In this document: positions 14,835-29,900 of the stretch, piece by piece
Layout of the letters: each line of letters opens with the position of its first letter
Numbering within the stretch: the stretch's first letter is position 1
Source of the DNA: Eledone cirrhosa
Lineage: Eukaryota
Reading direction: 5' to 3'
Length of the DNA: 64,000 nt
Assembly (NCBI GenBank): GCA_964016885.1
Contig: OZ024765.1
Coordinates: 15,562,001-15,626,000, forward strand
Notes under the pieces: generated by a model
What the model saw: only the letters and a program-made list of their open reading frames with translations
Databases searched by the model: none
Told to the model about the DNA's origin: nothing
Made by a program: the position numbers and the translations under genes

Positions 14835-16399
14835 GTATTCACACCCACACAGACAAACACACACATACATATATATATATAAACATAGATACATATACAA
14901 ATAATATATACATAATATCTACATATACACACATGATGTTAAACATATGTTTACATGATTTCTCGCTCTCCTTTGCTTGTATTACAATTTCCTATTTTTT
15001 TATATATTTCATTTATTTTTATATATTTATTTACTTCTTTATTTATATATTTTTGTTGTTTGTCTCTGTTTTCTTTATGTTTCCTTTTCGGCCATAATTC
15101 GGCTAATAAACTTCAATATTTCTCTATACCCTAATCAATAACTAATCGATTATTTCCGCTTGTAATTTGTTTCAATAACATCATATGTCGCTGGCTAGAG
15201 CAGTGTGGAGTGGGTGTAGTGTACAGTGGTGTGTGGCGGAGCGGAGTGGGTGTGGTGTGGAGTGGAGCAGAGTTGAGTGGGTGTGGAACAGAATGGAGAG
15301 GGTGTGGAACAGAGTGGAGTGGAGTGGGTGTAGTGATTGGTCTGGAGTGGGCGAGGAGTGGAGTGGGTTTAGTATGGAGTGGTGTGGACCAGAGTGGAGT
15401 GGGTGTGATGTGGACGGAGCTGTGTTGGGTGTAGTGATTGGTGCGGGGGCTAGGAACAATTGGTGTGTGGGGGGAGTAGTGATTGATGTGGGGGGTTGTA
15501 GTTATTGGTGTGGGGGCTAGTAGTGATTGGTGAGGAGTGTAGGAGCAATTGGTGTGGGAACAGCAGGGACTGGAGTGTGGGGATAGCAGCTACATTTTTG
15601 CACTTGTGAACAAACTTCACTAAATATAAAAGATATCTATTCAAAAGAGGCATAGTTACTTAATTATGTACTTATATAAACATACATAGTTTGAATATCA
15701 CCATAGAGGGTTGATGATGTCTTGCTGTGTTGCTGGCTGATGGCTGAGGGTGGTTGATGCTGATGGTTATTGGCTGCTGGCGGTGGTCTTGTACTAGAGG
15801 TGGCGTGTCTCATTTTGGACAAGATACGCTCTAGAAATATTATTCTCCAATATACAAACACGCAAAGTAGAAACATATTAAATGGTTGATGGTATCCTTT
15901 GGTGTATCTGGTGCTAGCTGGTTGGTATTGGCTAGTGCTGGCTAGGTAACGGCAATAGTAATGGCGGCGGTGGTAGTGGCGGCGGTTGTAAAGATGGTGG
16001 TGGTGGTGTCTTGCTGGTTTAGCTGGCAGATAGCTGATGGTTATTGGCTAGTGGTGGTTAGGTGATGGTGGTGGTGATGGTGTTGGATGCGGATATGGTG
16101 GTTGTGGTGGTGGTTGTGGCGGTGGTGCGGATGGTGGTGATGGTGGTGGTGTTGGATGCGGATGGTGGTGGTTGTGGCTGTGGCGGTGGTGCGGGTGGTG
16201 TTGATGGTGGTGGTGTTGGATGCGGATGGTGGTGGTTGTGGCTGTGGCGGTGGTGCGGGTGGTGGTGATGGTGGTGGTGTTGGATGCGGATGGTGGTGGT
16301 TGTGGTTGTGTTTGTGGCGGTGGTGCGGGTGGTGTTGATGTTGGTGTTGTTGGTGGTGGTGGTTTGGTCCGAGGGTGCGCCACGTTTAATAGTTAATGG

Positions 16400-16880
16400 A
16401 CACTGCAGTTAATCCTGGCTCTGCTACACATCAGGCCGAGTGGGTAAACTCTCCATATATAAGTCGTTCTCTGACAGGTTTGTGGTCGAGCCCATAGCAA
16501 TGGAAATTTCTGGTGTCCTTTGCCCATGGGTCAAATCTCCACTCACCACCATCGGCATAGAGTTTGGTACCCGTAGAAGTGGGGACTTCTGGTGTTATTG
16601 GCCATAGGGCCACCTTCCTACTCACCACCATCGGCACAGAGTTCGCTACCCATACCAGTTGTGTCTGGAGTCCTTGGCCCTAGGACAACCTTCCTACTCA
16701 ACACCATCAGCACAGAGTTGGCTACCCCTTGCAGTGGAGACTTCTGGTGTCCTTGGCCCTAGGGCCAAACCCTACTGACCACCATTGGCTACCCGCAGGT
16801 GTGAACCTTGCGAGCTGGAATGGCTCTCCGAATGCGTCATTCTCACCATCCTCTGTGGAAATGCCTTCTTTATTCTGCCT
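16400..16880 (+). mobile_element. CRE-clade retrotransposon 3' fragment with four internal ~78 bp tandem units
   Basis: Translates as DTAVNPGSATHQAE..IYKSFSDRFVVEPIAMEISGVL. A VETSGVLGPRA..LTTIG-like unit recurs at about 16500, 16580, 16660 and 16735. Confidence 0.7.
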
Positions 16881-17539
16881 TGTGGTGTACATTTTAGTAG
16901 CTGACTGGATACGGGTGGTAATTGTTTGTGTCATGTTTGGCACAAAGCCAGCGATTATTCCAGAGTATTACTTGTACATTATTTTATCGACCCAGGACAG
17001 GACGCTAGTCCATCACAGAGTTAAACCTCCAGCTATTGCTGGTACTCATTTACAGCTGGAGCAACGTAAATTGAAGCGTTTTGCTTCAGGACACAACATT
17101 CAGCCCAGCCCAGGAATCGAACCGAACGACATTATGCTGTGGATTGGCAGTATCGGTAGAGGGTCGGACGCCATGCTTTCCAGCATAGTTACGTCCCATT
17201 ACGATCTGAGTTCAAATCCGGCCGAGGTTGACTTTGCCTTTCATCCTTACGGGGTCGATAAAATAAAGTACCAGTAATGCCCTGGGTAATTGCTGGCCTT
17301 GTGCCTCAAGTAGAAACAATTATTTTATCGACCCATCTGATAATTAGCTGTAGATACGAGAAGTGGTAGTGATTTTACACTGTGGTGAGTCTGGTTGGAC
17401 AGATATGGTCGAGAAATATTTTGTTCCAAGGAGCCAGGAGGCCCCGGACGTATAGACGGCAAGTGTGTGTATGTGTGACAGCTCACACCTTTGCACGTTT
17501 AGCTAGCCTCCTCCAAAGTACATCTCGTTGATTTAATGA

Positions 17540-17705
17540 TAGGGACCCCGGTCCTATCATCTAATGTCTACAGCTGAGTAAACTGGAGCAGCGGGAAATA
17601 AAGTCTCTTGCTCAAGCAAACAACACTTCACCCGGTCGGAGAATTGAACTCACAACCTTTCGATTGCAAGCCCAATGCTCTAGCCACTAAGCTATACGCC
17701 TTCAC
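17540..17705 (-). mobile_element. CORE-like tRNA SINE (also 16990-17130 on the minus strand)
   Basis: Reverse complement of the TGAAGGCG..TTAGTGG..GAGTTCAATTC..TTGAGCAAGAGACTTTATTTC head. Confidence 0.75.
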
Positions 17706-17708
17706 ATA

Positions 17709-17903
17709 GATGGCAAGCGCCCCGACGGAATTACCATCTTCCCATTCGAAGGGGGTAGATGCCTCAACTGGTACGCCAAATGTTGTCACACGTTCTCCGC
17801 CTCCAACTTAGACGCTTCGGCCACCGACCCCAGGATTGCGACCCGCTATGTAGAGGGAAGGAAGATGAACATATACCAGAGATTGTCCGCCCGCTTTCTC
17901 CAG
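17709..17903 (+). mobile_element. CRE-clade restriction-like endonuclease fragment
   Basis: In frame it reads DGKRPDGITIFPFEGGRCLNWYAKCCHTFSASNLDASATDPRIATRYVEGRKMNIYQRLSARF, the DGKRPDG.T..P...G..L.WD.T motif of CRE elements, with the catalytic D apparently changed to Y. Confidence 0.8.
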
Positions 17904-18587
17904 ATCTGCCCTTCAATATATGCAAAGAAAGTAGAAACACCACAGGTGGCTCTTTGCGGTGGTAGCTGTTGCTTTTCGCTTCTTGTTTATCGCTGGAGCT
18001 GTTTAGATACAAGTAGTGTTAATGGTACTAGAGTGTGCTCTGATAGACAGATACAGACCAGAAATGTTTTATTTTATCGGCAGATGAGGACGAAGTGAAC
18101 TGCAGTATGTTTAAACTCTTTCGTTACCATAGCTAGTCTGAAATATCCTGTACATGTGCGCTGAAACTAAAGCAATTACAACGTCGAATAGTCTCATTAA
18201 CTTTTTTAAAACAGTTTTTTCTGATATCTTTTGAAAACCTGAAACGATTTTTCAGGCCTAATTGCTGATACTGCTTTTGGTTTTCAAATAATTTTGAAAA
18301 TAATTGGTTTGAAGAAAATCATATTAATACATTAACTTCCTACGTAATGAGAAACATTATAAAACATAAGAACGAATACTCAATCATCGCTAACCCAACG
18401 CCAGAGGCCCCGGACGGTGATGTTGAAAACTAACTGGCATGCAAACTTGGATGAATATAACCGTTGAGGACGAAATTGCATTCCCCGGGGCTGGTTGATG
18501 AAGATGTAGTATGCGTTGGTTCATTCGATCTATATATTTCATTTTTATTTTTTGTGTGCAAATTTGCTATACATACATATGTATATA

Positions 18588-18802
18588 ACGATCGACTTTC
18601 GTCAAATCGGACCGAGGAAACAGTGTTTCCGTTGGTCTTTCCAGTTGCTAATACTATCTATCGGTCGCCACTCCAGGTAGAAGGAGCAACGTGAAATAAA
18701 GTGTCTTGCTCAAGGACATAACGCATCGCCCGGTCCAGGAATCGAACTCATAACCTCAAGATTGTGAATCCAATTCTCTAACCATTCAGCCACACGCCTT
18801 CA
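18588..18802 (-). mobile_element. CORE-like tRNA SINE with a distinct tail
   Basis: Reverse complement of the element at 39989-40275. Confidence 0.85.
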
Positions 18803-18841
18803 TATATATGTATATATATATAGATATATGTGTGTGGGTGT

Positions 18842-18896
<55 letters not shown>

Positions 18897-18936
18897 TTAT
18901 ATATACAGGTATACTATTACATGTATATGTATAGAC

Positions 18937-19001
<65 letters not shown>

Positions 19002-19043
19002 TATTATATATACAGATATACTATTACATGTATATGTATAGAC

Positions 19044-19131
<88 letters not shown>

Positions 19132-19134
19132 GTA

Positions 19135-19204
<70 letters not shown>

Positions 19205-19305
19205 CATAGGTATACACACACACATATATATCTATATATATATGTGTGTGTATGTACATGTATGTATAGTATATATATATATGTTTGTATAGTATATACA
19301 TTTAT

Positions 19306-19416
<111 letters not shown>

Positions 19417-19420
19417 TTTA

Positions 19421-19560
19421 TATACTCCAGTCCCACAGTTTGTGGGACTGGAGTATGCATAATATATCTTATATTATGCATACTCCAGTCCCACAAACTG
19501 TAGAGTGCTTCTTATCCGATATCTGCATTGCTTTATTGTACTACAATAAAACTCACCTCC

Positions 19561-19562
<2 letters not shown>
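19421..19562 (+). mobile_element. Double fold-back element in (TA)n
   Basis: ATACTCCAGTCCCACA occurs sense, antisense, sense. The tail contains GTAGAGTGCT. Confidence 0.75.
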
Positions 19563-19602
<40 letters not shown>

Positions 19603-19697
19603 AAACTTGGACGGAAACAAAAACGGAGAGGCAGACAAATAAATATTGGTTTATTAGGTTCACGCTCTTGAGAGGGGGGTGTTGGTGGGGTGGTGGG

Positions 19698-19768
<71 letters not shown>

Positions 19769-20045
19769 TGTGTGTGCGAAGCCGAATTCTCGAAATTTCA
19801 CAAAGTGCTGAGAAGATATAGTAAATATCAAAAGATGGTGTAATTATGCAGGAAGATGCTAAACAAGAGTTCATGAAATAAGATCGATATTCAAGAATCG
19901 AACATATTTAGACTTCTTTTCCGTCTTAAAAATGTCCGCGTCCTCTCTTAGATCTCATTTTATAGCGTTTCCGCACATGAAAACATTGTTTTTGTATTAT
20001 ATATACTCATATATATATATATATATATATATACTTACTTATATT

Positions 20046-20145
<100 letters not shown>

Positions 20146-20386
20146 TTGTTTATATATATATGTATATATATGTATATTTAATATTATATATACAGATATA
20201 CTATTACTTATATATATGTAAGTAGATATTATATTACATATATATATAGACAATATTATATATATAAACATATATATATATATTTAAATATATATATATA
20301 TATATATATAAAATATTAAAATATATATATATATAATATTACATTATATGTATATAGATATAATGTTGTATACATATATACATATA

Positions 20387-20515
<129 letters not shown>

Positions 20516-20860
20516 ATATGTGTGTATATATATACCTACATGTGTGTGTGAGTGTGTGTGTATTTGTGTGTGAGTGTACTAAGTACCTGTCTGTGAGAAA
20601 GTGAGTCTCTGTTCAGTCTAAGTTGTAGATCGTTTATCATAGATTCCCGCTTCCGATTCAGAATCGTTATTAATTCCGGAGACTTCGTTTTCCAATAAAT
20701 ATCTTAATAACAATCCCGTCTCCCTTATAGTACTGGCTACCCCCAGTCAGTTCAATACTGTTTTACTGTAGGGCTGGCAGTAACAACGGTTACATATGTG
20801 AGAGATACATACATACATACTTATATATATATGTATGAATTTATTGTTATATATCTCTCC

Positions 20861-20921
<61 letters not shown>

Positions 20922-21040
20922 TGTAATAAACAACATAAGGCAATTATTCCATTTACCAGTGGTTTCTTAAAAGCATCACATTTTGCTTTCAATCGTCAGA
21001 ATGAAAAAAATTTGCTTTCAATCATCAGAATGAAAAAATC

Positions 21041-21086
<46 letters not shown>

Positions 21087-21092
<6 letters not shown>

Positions 21093-21303
21093 ATGTTGAA
21101 AAGGCAACACATTAGAGAGAGATAGAGGGCGCTATCAATAAGACAGGGAAAAACCACCAGTATATCGATAGCGCACTGTGTCTCTCTCTCTACTGTGTTA
21201 CCTTTTCAACATATTGTATTTTAATGAGCTCAGGATTTCCTCTCCTTTGAGCACATTATTTATAGGGAATAGTGAGAGTCTATGGCTCCGTTAATTTATC
21301 GTT
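21087..21303 (+). mobile_element. Fold-back element in (TA)n
   Basis: Arms TACAATATGTTGAAAAGG...GCGCTATC and GATAGCGC...CCTTTTCAACATATTGTA span 21087-21218, followed by an ~85 bp tail. Confidence 0.75.
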
Positions 21304-21307
21304 ATAT

Positions 21308-21501
<194 letters not shown>

Positions 21502-21541
21502 TTCAAAATATTAACAAAATAGATATTCTTGTGATCAAGTA

Positions 21542-21608
21542 TATTTTATTATACATATTTCAGGGGTACTGATTTAATTTCAAGAGTACGTCCTCATCAG
21601 ATAAAATA
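21542..21608 (-). ncRNA. Type I hammerhead motif (left arm)
   Basis: The minus strand reads TATTTTAT-CTGATGA-GGACGTACT..AGTACCCCT-GAAA-TATGTAT-A-ATAAAATA. Confidence 0.75.
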
Positions 21609-21712
21609 AGATGATGCATGAGATACCCTGACATAGTAGATGGTTAACATTCAATTATGGTAGTGACTGAATCTTAATCACCTACTATGTCAGGGTATGT
21701 CATGCATCATCT

Positions 21713-21779
21713 TATTTTATCTGATGAGGACGTACTGTTGAAGTTAACTCAGTACCTATGAAATATGTATAATAAAATA
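21713..21779 (+). ncRNA. Type I hammerhead motif (right arm)
   Basis: 8 bp stem I TATTTTAT/ATAAAATA, CTGATGA at 21721-27, stem II GTACTG/CAGTAC, GAAA, near-palindromic stem III ATATGTAT, AUA triplet. Confidence 0.75.
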
Positions 21780-21926
21780 TACTTGATCACAAGAATATCT
21801 ATTTTGTTAATATTTTGAATTAATATTAATAATTCCGGAAAACCATTGTTGTTGAGTGCTTTCAATCTATTGTAAAACTCATTCTTTGATTTATTCATTG
21901 AATCTTGAACTTTAAATATTGAACTT

Positions 21927-21979
<53 letters not shown>

Positions 21980-22017
21980 GCAAATATATATATAAATATA
22001 TATATACATTATATATA

Positions 22018-22102
<85 letters not shown>

Positions 22103-22104
22103 GC

Positions 22105-22137
<33 letters not shown>

Positions 22138-22594
22138 CATGCACATATGTATATATATGTGTGTCTATATATATATATATACTTTGCCTTTCATCCTTAC
22201 GGGGTCGATAAAATAAAGTACCAGTAATACACTGGGCAATTGTTGGCCTTGTGCCAAAAGCAGAAACAAATATATTTATATATATACACACATACATACA
22301 TGCATTTGTAATTTTATTATGTGTGATTACAAGTACATTTAGCAATAGTTTAAACACAAAATGGCTGAGTACTTCCCATGGTGTTGTTGTTACTTCACAT
22401 GGTGTTGTTGTATGTGTTGCTGTCACATCATACAAGCTCAGTAAATGACTAAGTAAGCCATTAAATGTTATATCTGCACAATTCTCTGTTATGTGTGGAC
22501 TTCACTTCCAACATGAATCCGTTCACACACATTATATAATTTTCGCATCTGTCAATGTAACTGTGTTACATTTGCAGGAAACGGTTCTATGCCC

Positions 22595-22631
<37 letters not shown>

Positions 22632-22644
22632 CATGTATATTTAC

Positions 22645-22701
<57 letters not shown>

Positions 22702-22780
22702 CTTACATATATTTGAGTATGTATTTTCTTACATGTATACACACATATATATATATATATACATGTACATACATATATAC

Positions 22781-22836
<56 letters not shown>

Positions 22837-24650
22837 TTGTATACATGTATATTTATATGTATGCATATATATATATATATATATATACATATATATACAT
22901 ATATATGTATATATATGTAATGTACATGTACACATGCGTTTATGTACGTATATGTGTTTAAAAATAAATGAATATATATTTCTCTCTTCTACACCCTCGC
23001 CCATTCTACTTTTTCCTTCACACAAACACATACATCCACACACACACACATTCATTCACAAAAACACACCCACATTCATTCACACATAAACAGCCACACA
23101 CATCCACACACACACAGCCACATTCATACACACATAAGCAGCAACACACATCCACACACACAGCCACATTCATTCACACATAAAAAGCCTCACACATCCA
23201 CACAGCCACATTCATACACACATAAACATCCACACACACACACCAACCCATACATCCACACACATAAACATCCACACACATCCACACACACACAAACGCA
23301 AACACACATACACACACACAGCCACGTTCATTCACACATAAATAGCCACACACATCCACACATACACACACACACACAGCCACATTCATTCACACATAAA
23401 CAGCCACTCACATCCACACACATCCACATACACACACAAACCCATACATCCACACACAGAAACATCCACACACATCCACACACACACACACAGCCATACA
23501 TCCACCCACATAAACATCCACGCACATCCACACACAGCCATACATCCACACACATCCACACACGCACACACACATACACACACACACACATCCACGGTCA
23601 TTCACACATACACAGCCACACACTTACACACACACACACACACAACACCCACGTATACACACACATACGTATAACACACTAACACACACAGTTTTGAGGT
23701 AATAAATATATTTTAAACTGCTACCATAGTCGCTTTATTGCACTAGCGTCTTTGATATTCAAATGAAATTTCATAGAAAGGAGGCGAAAGAAATGGGAGC
23801 AAGTTGGGAGAATCTGGGAGAAAATTCTATTTAGTACCTAATTTTATTTTACTTAGTTGAAGAGGAAGGGAGAGCATGAGGAGAGGGGGTGATGTAGAGG
23901 AGGAAGGGGGAGGAAGAGAGCAGAAGAGGGAGGGGAGATGAAGGAGAGAAGGAGGGAGAAGAAGGGAGGAGGACATGAGGAAGAGAGAGGAAGGAGAAGA
24001 AGGGAGAAGGACATGAGGAAGGAGAGGAATAGAGAAGGAGGAAGTAGAAGAGAGAAGGAGGGAGAAGAAGCGAGAAGGGCAGCAGGAAGGAGAGGAGAAG
24101 AAGAGAGGAGGGCATGAGGAAGGAGAGAAGAAGAGAGAAGGACATGAGGGGGAGGGAGAGGAGGAGAAGAGAGAGGAAGGAGAATAGAAGATGACGTTAA
24201 GAGCTTACGTAAATGAAATGGTGTAATGGTGGTGTAGTGTTGGTGGTGGTTCTGTGATGGTGGTGGTGGTGGTGGTGGTGGTGGTGGTGTAGTGTTGGTG
24301 GTGGTGGTGGTGGTGTAGTGTTGGTGCTGGTTCTGTGATGGTGGTGGTGTTGGTGGTGATTGTTGTAATGGTGGTGGTGATGGTGTGTTGGTGGTAGTGT
24401 AATGGTGTTGGTGGTGTTGGTGTTAGTGGTGGTGGTGGTGTTAATTTGATTGATTGAGAGAGAGAGAAGGGGGAGAATATTGAAAGATATATAGAGATTG
24501 AATAGAGAGGTTTAGAAGTTGTGAAAGAGAGTGAAAGAGAGAGAGAGAGGGGGAGATAGGTAGGTAGGTAGGTAGGTAGGTAGGTAGATGTGTGGGGCTG
24601 GTGGCTAGGTAGATAGGTAGGTAGGGCGTATATATATATATATATATATA

Positions 24651-24836
24651 ACGAAGGAAGTGTGGTAAGGAACCAGCTGGACCATAACGCACGAGAGTAC
24701 TCAATACTTAGGGTAGTAGAGTGGGTAATAGGAAAGTGTTTGACCCCGACGGCAGAGCTCAAGCCGTTTCGACGGCTATAGTGAAATAGCCGTCGAAACA
24801 TCTTGAGCTCTGCCGTCGGGGTCAAACATTTTCCTA
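24651..24836 (-). mobile_element. Family A fold-back element (GGCAGAGCTC subfamily)
   Basis: Same tail and hairpin as 10253-10446, with subfamily substitutions mirrored in both arms. Confidence 0.88.
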
Positions 24837-24842
24837 TATATA

Positions 24843-24998
24843 CGAGGGTAATCCCGAAAGTAAGGTCTCCAAAGCGATGGCGACGCAGAGAAGCTGTTCG
24901 TACGGCTGTTGGCAACGCTGTGGTGATTGGTGCTTCCTTCACTCCCAAACAAGCATTCGCGCGCTTCGCTTGGATGGTCCATCTTGGCTTGGTAGCCA
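24843..24998. mobile_element. Mariner-type element end, truncated
   Basis: TA-CGAGGGTAATCCCGAAAGTAAGGTCTCC matches the TIR of the MITE at 29682-29856. Confidence 0.65.
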
Positions 24999-25459
24999 CC
25001 ACCATCACCACCTCCACCACCACCACTATCACCATCACCACCTCCACCATCATCACCATCACCACCTCCAACATCACCATCACCACCTCCACCAACACCA
25101 TCATCACCATCACCACCTCCACCATCATCACCATCACCACCTCCACCATCATCATCACCACCATCACCATCACCACCTCCACCATCATCACCATCACCAC
25201 CTCCACCATCACCATCACCACCTCCACCATCATCACCATCACCATCATGACGAATGAGATGAGACAAACACAAACAAAATGAAAGAAAAGAAGAAGCAAT
25301 GTTTGTTGTTTTTATTTTCTTTAATTTGATAATTGTTGGCAATTGTTGGGAATATGTGTTTAATAGCAGTAAATAGATGATTGTAGAGTTGATGGTGTGG
25401 TGTTGTGTGGTGGCCTAGTGTAGTGTGGCATGGTGTATAGATATAAACATACTATATAT

Positions 25460-25630
<171 letters not shown>

Positions 25631-25659
25631 TATATATATATATATATATATATAGATAC

Positions 25660-25708
<49 letters not shown>

Positions 25709-25780
25709 TATATATATATATAGTATGTGTATATCTATACACATACATATATACACACACACACACGTATATACATACAC

Positions 25781-25814
<34 letters not shown>

Positions 25815-25871
25815 GTTAATTTAAAACTGCACTATTCACAGGTGTTTTTTAACCTTCATATCATGTCTACC

Positions 25872-25942
25872 TATTTTATCTGATGAAAACACAAATATTA
25901 TTGCATGATGATATTTGTTTGTGAAATGCGCATAATAAAATA
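25872..25942 (+). ncRNA. Type I hammerhead ribozyme motif in a ~155 bp island between TA tracts
   Basis: Stem I TATTTTAT/ATAAAATA, CTGATGA at 25880-86, ~11 bp stem II ACAAATATTAT/ATGATATTTGT, GAAA at 25923-26, palindromic stem III ATGCGCAT, cut after 25934. Confidence 0.85.
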
Positions 25943-25972
25943 CATGGAACTCTTTTACCCATCTTTTGATCT

Positions 25973-26070
<98 letters not shown>

Positions 26071-26234
26071 ATACGTGTGTGTGTGTATATATGTATATCT
26101 ATTTATATATATATATCTGTATGTATGTATATTTGTATATATATGTATGTATATTTGTATATATATGTATGTATATATATATATATATTTGTATATATAT
26201 ATATATACGTATATATATAAACATATATGTATAA

Positions 26235-26309
<75 letters not shown>

Positions 26310-26378
26310 TATATATATATATAGATATATATATATCTATATATATATATATATATAGAGATATATAGATATATATAC

Positions 26379-26445
<67 letters not shown>

Positions 26446-26512
26446 TATATATATAGATATCTATATATCTATATATATATATATATATATATAGATATAT
26501 AGATATATATAC

Positions 26513-26546
<34 letters not shown>

Positions 26547-26609
26547 GTATATATATATATATGTATATATATATACGTATATATGTATATATACGTATAT
26601 ATATATACG

Positions 26610-26709
<100 letters not shown>

Positions 26710-26734
26710 AATTATATATATATATATGTGTGTA

Positions 26735-26778
<44 letters not shown>

Positions 26779-27094
26779 TATATATATACATATACATATA
26801 TATGTGCGTGTGTGTGTATTTGTGTGTATATTTATGTATATATTTTTGTGTACATACAGATATTTATATTTAGTTAATTTCTATCAGAGATATATTGTCG
26901 TCTGTGGAGACTAACACAAAGCTTTCTTTCCTTTGTAATCCTCCACTACAATATTTTGTTTGATCTCTCGTTCTTGTGTAATGCCACATCTCAGAGTAAG
27001 GCTGTTTATCATTTCATGATATATTTCTGCAGCTTGCCTTTATTAACAATTTTTCTCTATATATCTATACTGCTGGGACAACTTCTTGTGTACG

Positions 27095-27237
<143 letters not shown>

Positions 27238-27309
27238 ATATATTATAATGTTAAATGACAGGAGCTCAAATATGTTGTTGTGCTTATTTTTTTATTACTG
27301 TAAACACTA

Positions 27310-27362
27310 TGCACATTTTAGATGCCAGATTGCGTAAGGACGCGGTGACCTCATCAGGCGTA
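27310..27362 (-). ncRNA. Degraded hammerhead motif
   Basis: ACGC-CTGATGA-...-AAAA (in place of GAAA)-TGTGCAT-A-GTGT. G12 is lost and stem II is disrupted. Confidence 0.45.
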
Positions 27363-27641
27363 AATTGCGTAATACATGTATACCAACGGAATAATGGCAA
27401 ACTTTATGGAAACAAATAAAGAAACAGTGTGTACTATGTTTTTGACCCAGAGACGGACAAAGTAGCATGTTGCTACATTGCTCATCCGCCCCCTCTCTGA
27501 CTCTCTCTCCCTTTATATATATATATACATATATATTGATATATGTATATATATTGATATATATGCGTATATTATGCGGGTTGTACAGTGAATTACCGGC
27601 GATATGATGATGGTGATGATGATGAAATAGTGCCAAAGAGG

Positions 27642-27740
27642 GTGTGGTAAGAAACCAGGTGGATCATAACGCACCAGACTACTCGGTACATTTTAAATTT
27701 AGCTGTCGAATCTCAGCCGGTTCTCAGCCACCGGGGACCT
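27642..27740 (-). mobile_element. Family A copy, internally deleted and degenerate
   Basis: The tail GTGTGGTAAGAAACCAGGTGGATCATAACGCACC is joined directly to a degraded short arm. Confidence 0.65.
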
Positions 27741-27747
27741 CTCTCTC

Positions 27748-27824
<77 letters not shown>

Positions 27825-27834
27825 ATATATATTG

Positions 27835-27950
<116 letters not shown>

Positions 27951-29041
27951 TGATATACATACATATATATATATATATTATATCAAATAATTATTTCTAC
28001 TTTTGCCACAAGGCCACCAATTATACCAGTGTATTACTGGTACTTTATTTTATTGGCCCCGTAAGGATGAAAGGCAAAGTTAACCTCGGCGGGATTTGAA
28101 CTCAGATCATAAAGCGACGTAACTAATATATTATATCAAATAATTGTTTCTACTTTAGGCACAAGGCCAGCAATTACCAGTGCATTACTGGTACTTTATT
28201 TTATCGACCCCGTAAGGATGAAAGGCAAAGTCAACCTCGGCGGGATTTAATAATATTGTATTCGTTTGCAAACAAAGCCTCATTGCGCTGTTTTTTTTTT
28301 ATGACCAACGTCATCTGTTCGTTATAGCGTTGACACTGAGGAACAGTCAACAACTTTCTGGGTTATTCCACTTTCTCAAGACTGTGTACGCCTCCGATTT
28401 TTCTTTCAAAAAACAAACTTTTTAAACACGACTGAATATTCTTTTACACTTTATTTTATTTACCATATTTCTTGATTAGTTTCAAAGAAATGTGAAACTA
28501 AATGGATTAGCCCTTTTATGATTGAAGCTCTTTTCGTTTCGTTTGACAGAATGAAACGATGACAAGATTGGCGTGTTGTTCACACGCTTTTCTGTAGGTG
28601 TCAAAGGGTCATGACAAGATGTTTATAGCCAATAAATTATCCAACTACGGTTAAGGTTGTTTGTCTACCAGGATTTGCGACCGGTAGATAGTATCAATAA
28701 TTGATACATTATCTCCTTGGTCAGATTTGAGGAGTTCCACCACACTCGATTAGTGAATGACGTCTGGGATATTGTCGATTCGGATAAAAAGTAGAAAAAA
28801 AACAAAAAAAAAAAACGATGGAGATCTATATCATTTGATTTCATATTTCATATGTGTAGATCACGCGCAATAAACGAATGGTGTTTGGCAGCTTGTCGAT
28901 CGATTAACAAATACAAAATGTTTATATTTCCTTATTATTGGGATGTCGGTAGATACACTTCTCAATGATTGCGGACTTTTATATAAATAGGAGAGTGTTA
29001 AAGTTTGCTTGAAGCATTGTGGAATATTAAAAATAGTTTGG

Positions 29042-29402
29042 AGGCCTCAACAATGTAGATGGGTAAATCTCCGGGTAACAGAATCAGATGGTAATGAGAG
29101 AGAGAGAGAAAGTTAGAGAGAGAGATGTAAGAGCAAGTGTGGAAAGAGACGTAGAGAGCGTAAAAGACCGTAGGAAAAGTGTAAAACAATAATAACACGA
29201 GATAGAGTTACCTTGGAAGTGATTTAATAGTTCCAATATTTCGGATGTCACATCTATCAACAGGGGGATTTCCGAGGGCAAAAACGATGTGTTGGAGAAA
29301 GAGAAGAACAACACGTGGAACTTCGTTGTTTACCGCGTGCGTACAACGAAAGCCACCTGATTTTGTTAGCCGGAGATTTACCCATCTGCATTGTTGAGGC
29401 TT
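29042..29402. repeat. ~50 bp inverted repeats around a 260 bp spacer
   Basis: GCCTCAACAATGTAGATGGGTAAATCTCCGGGTAAC at about 29044 pairs with GTTAGCCGGAGATTTACCCATCTGCATTGTTGAGGC ending at 29400. Confidence 0.75.
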
Positions 29403-29681
29403 GTTAAATTCGTGTGTCCAATAAATATACATAGTTGTATATTTATGGGATATATTCTATGTTAAATGAAAGTTATATTTTACACTCTAATAATTTCAAG
29501 GGCCAGAGAAAAATTCTGGGTTCGAAGTGGGCCATGAGAAAAAATGGGTTGGGAACTACTTCTCTTGACTACAAATTATCTCCATCCTTTCGCTGCACTT
29601 TCTAGCATAAGGAGTGACATTGTAGTGGCATCTCTATCAATATAAAGTACACACACAAACACACACACACATATATACATA

Positions 29682-29856
29682 CGAGGGCATTCCCAAAAGT
29701 AAGGTATCCTTCCGATATTGAAACTTTTCCGTTAAAATATGTGGGTGGTTCTTCGAGAAACCTCAGGAACCAAAATGCAGAGAGCATCCAGAGTGATCCA
29801 CCGATCTTTACGCATGTTTTCCTCGGAAGGAGACCTTACTTTTGGGATTACCCTCG
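29682..29856. mobile_element. Tc1/mariner-type MITE
   Basis: TA target-site duplication on both sides and ~24 bp TIRs CGAGGGCATTCCCAAAAGTAAGGT / ACCTTACTTTTGGGATTACCCTCG. Confidence 0.85.
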
Positions 29857-29900
29857 TAAATACATAATACATACATATATCTATCTATCTATCTATCTAT

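Noticed and set aside
18111-18335. piggyBac-like end (TTAA-ACTCTTTCGTTACC); also a hAT-like end near 29545-29560 and a Harbinger-like AGGGCCGGATTT at about 39080
   Set aside because: Only one degenerate terminus is visible in each case, with no matching TIR or target-site duplication.
20585-20702. Minus-strand open stretch [32 protein letters not shown] ending at CAG|GTACTT
   Set aside because: Weak AAG acceptor, short, and no recognisable domain.
20975-21040. Two tandem minus-strand CTGA(T/C)GA-TT-GAAA words
   Set aside because: No stem II and no stem I pairing. It is just a 30 bp duplication.
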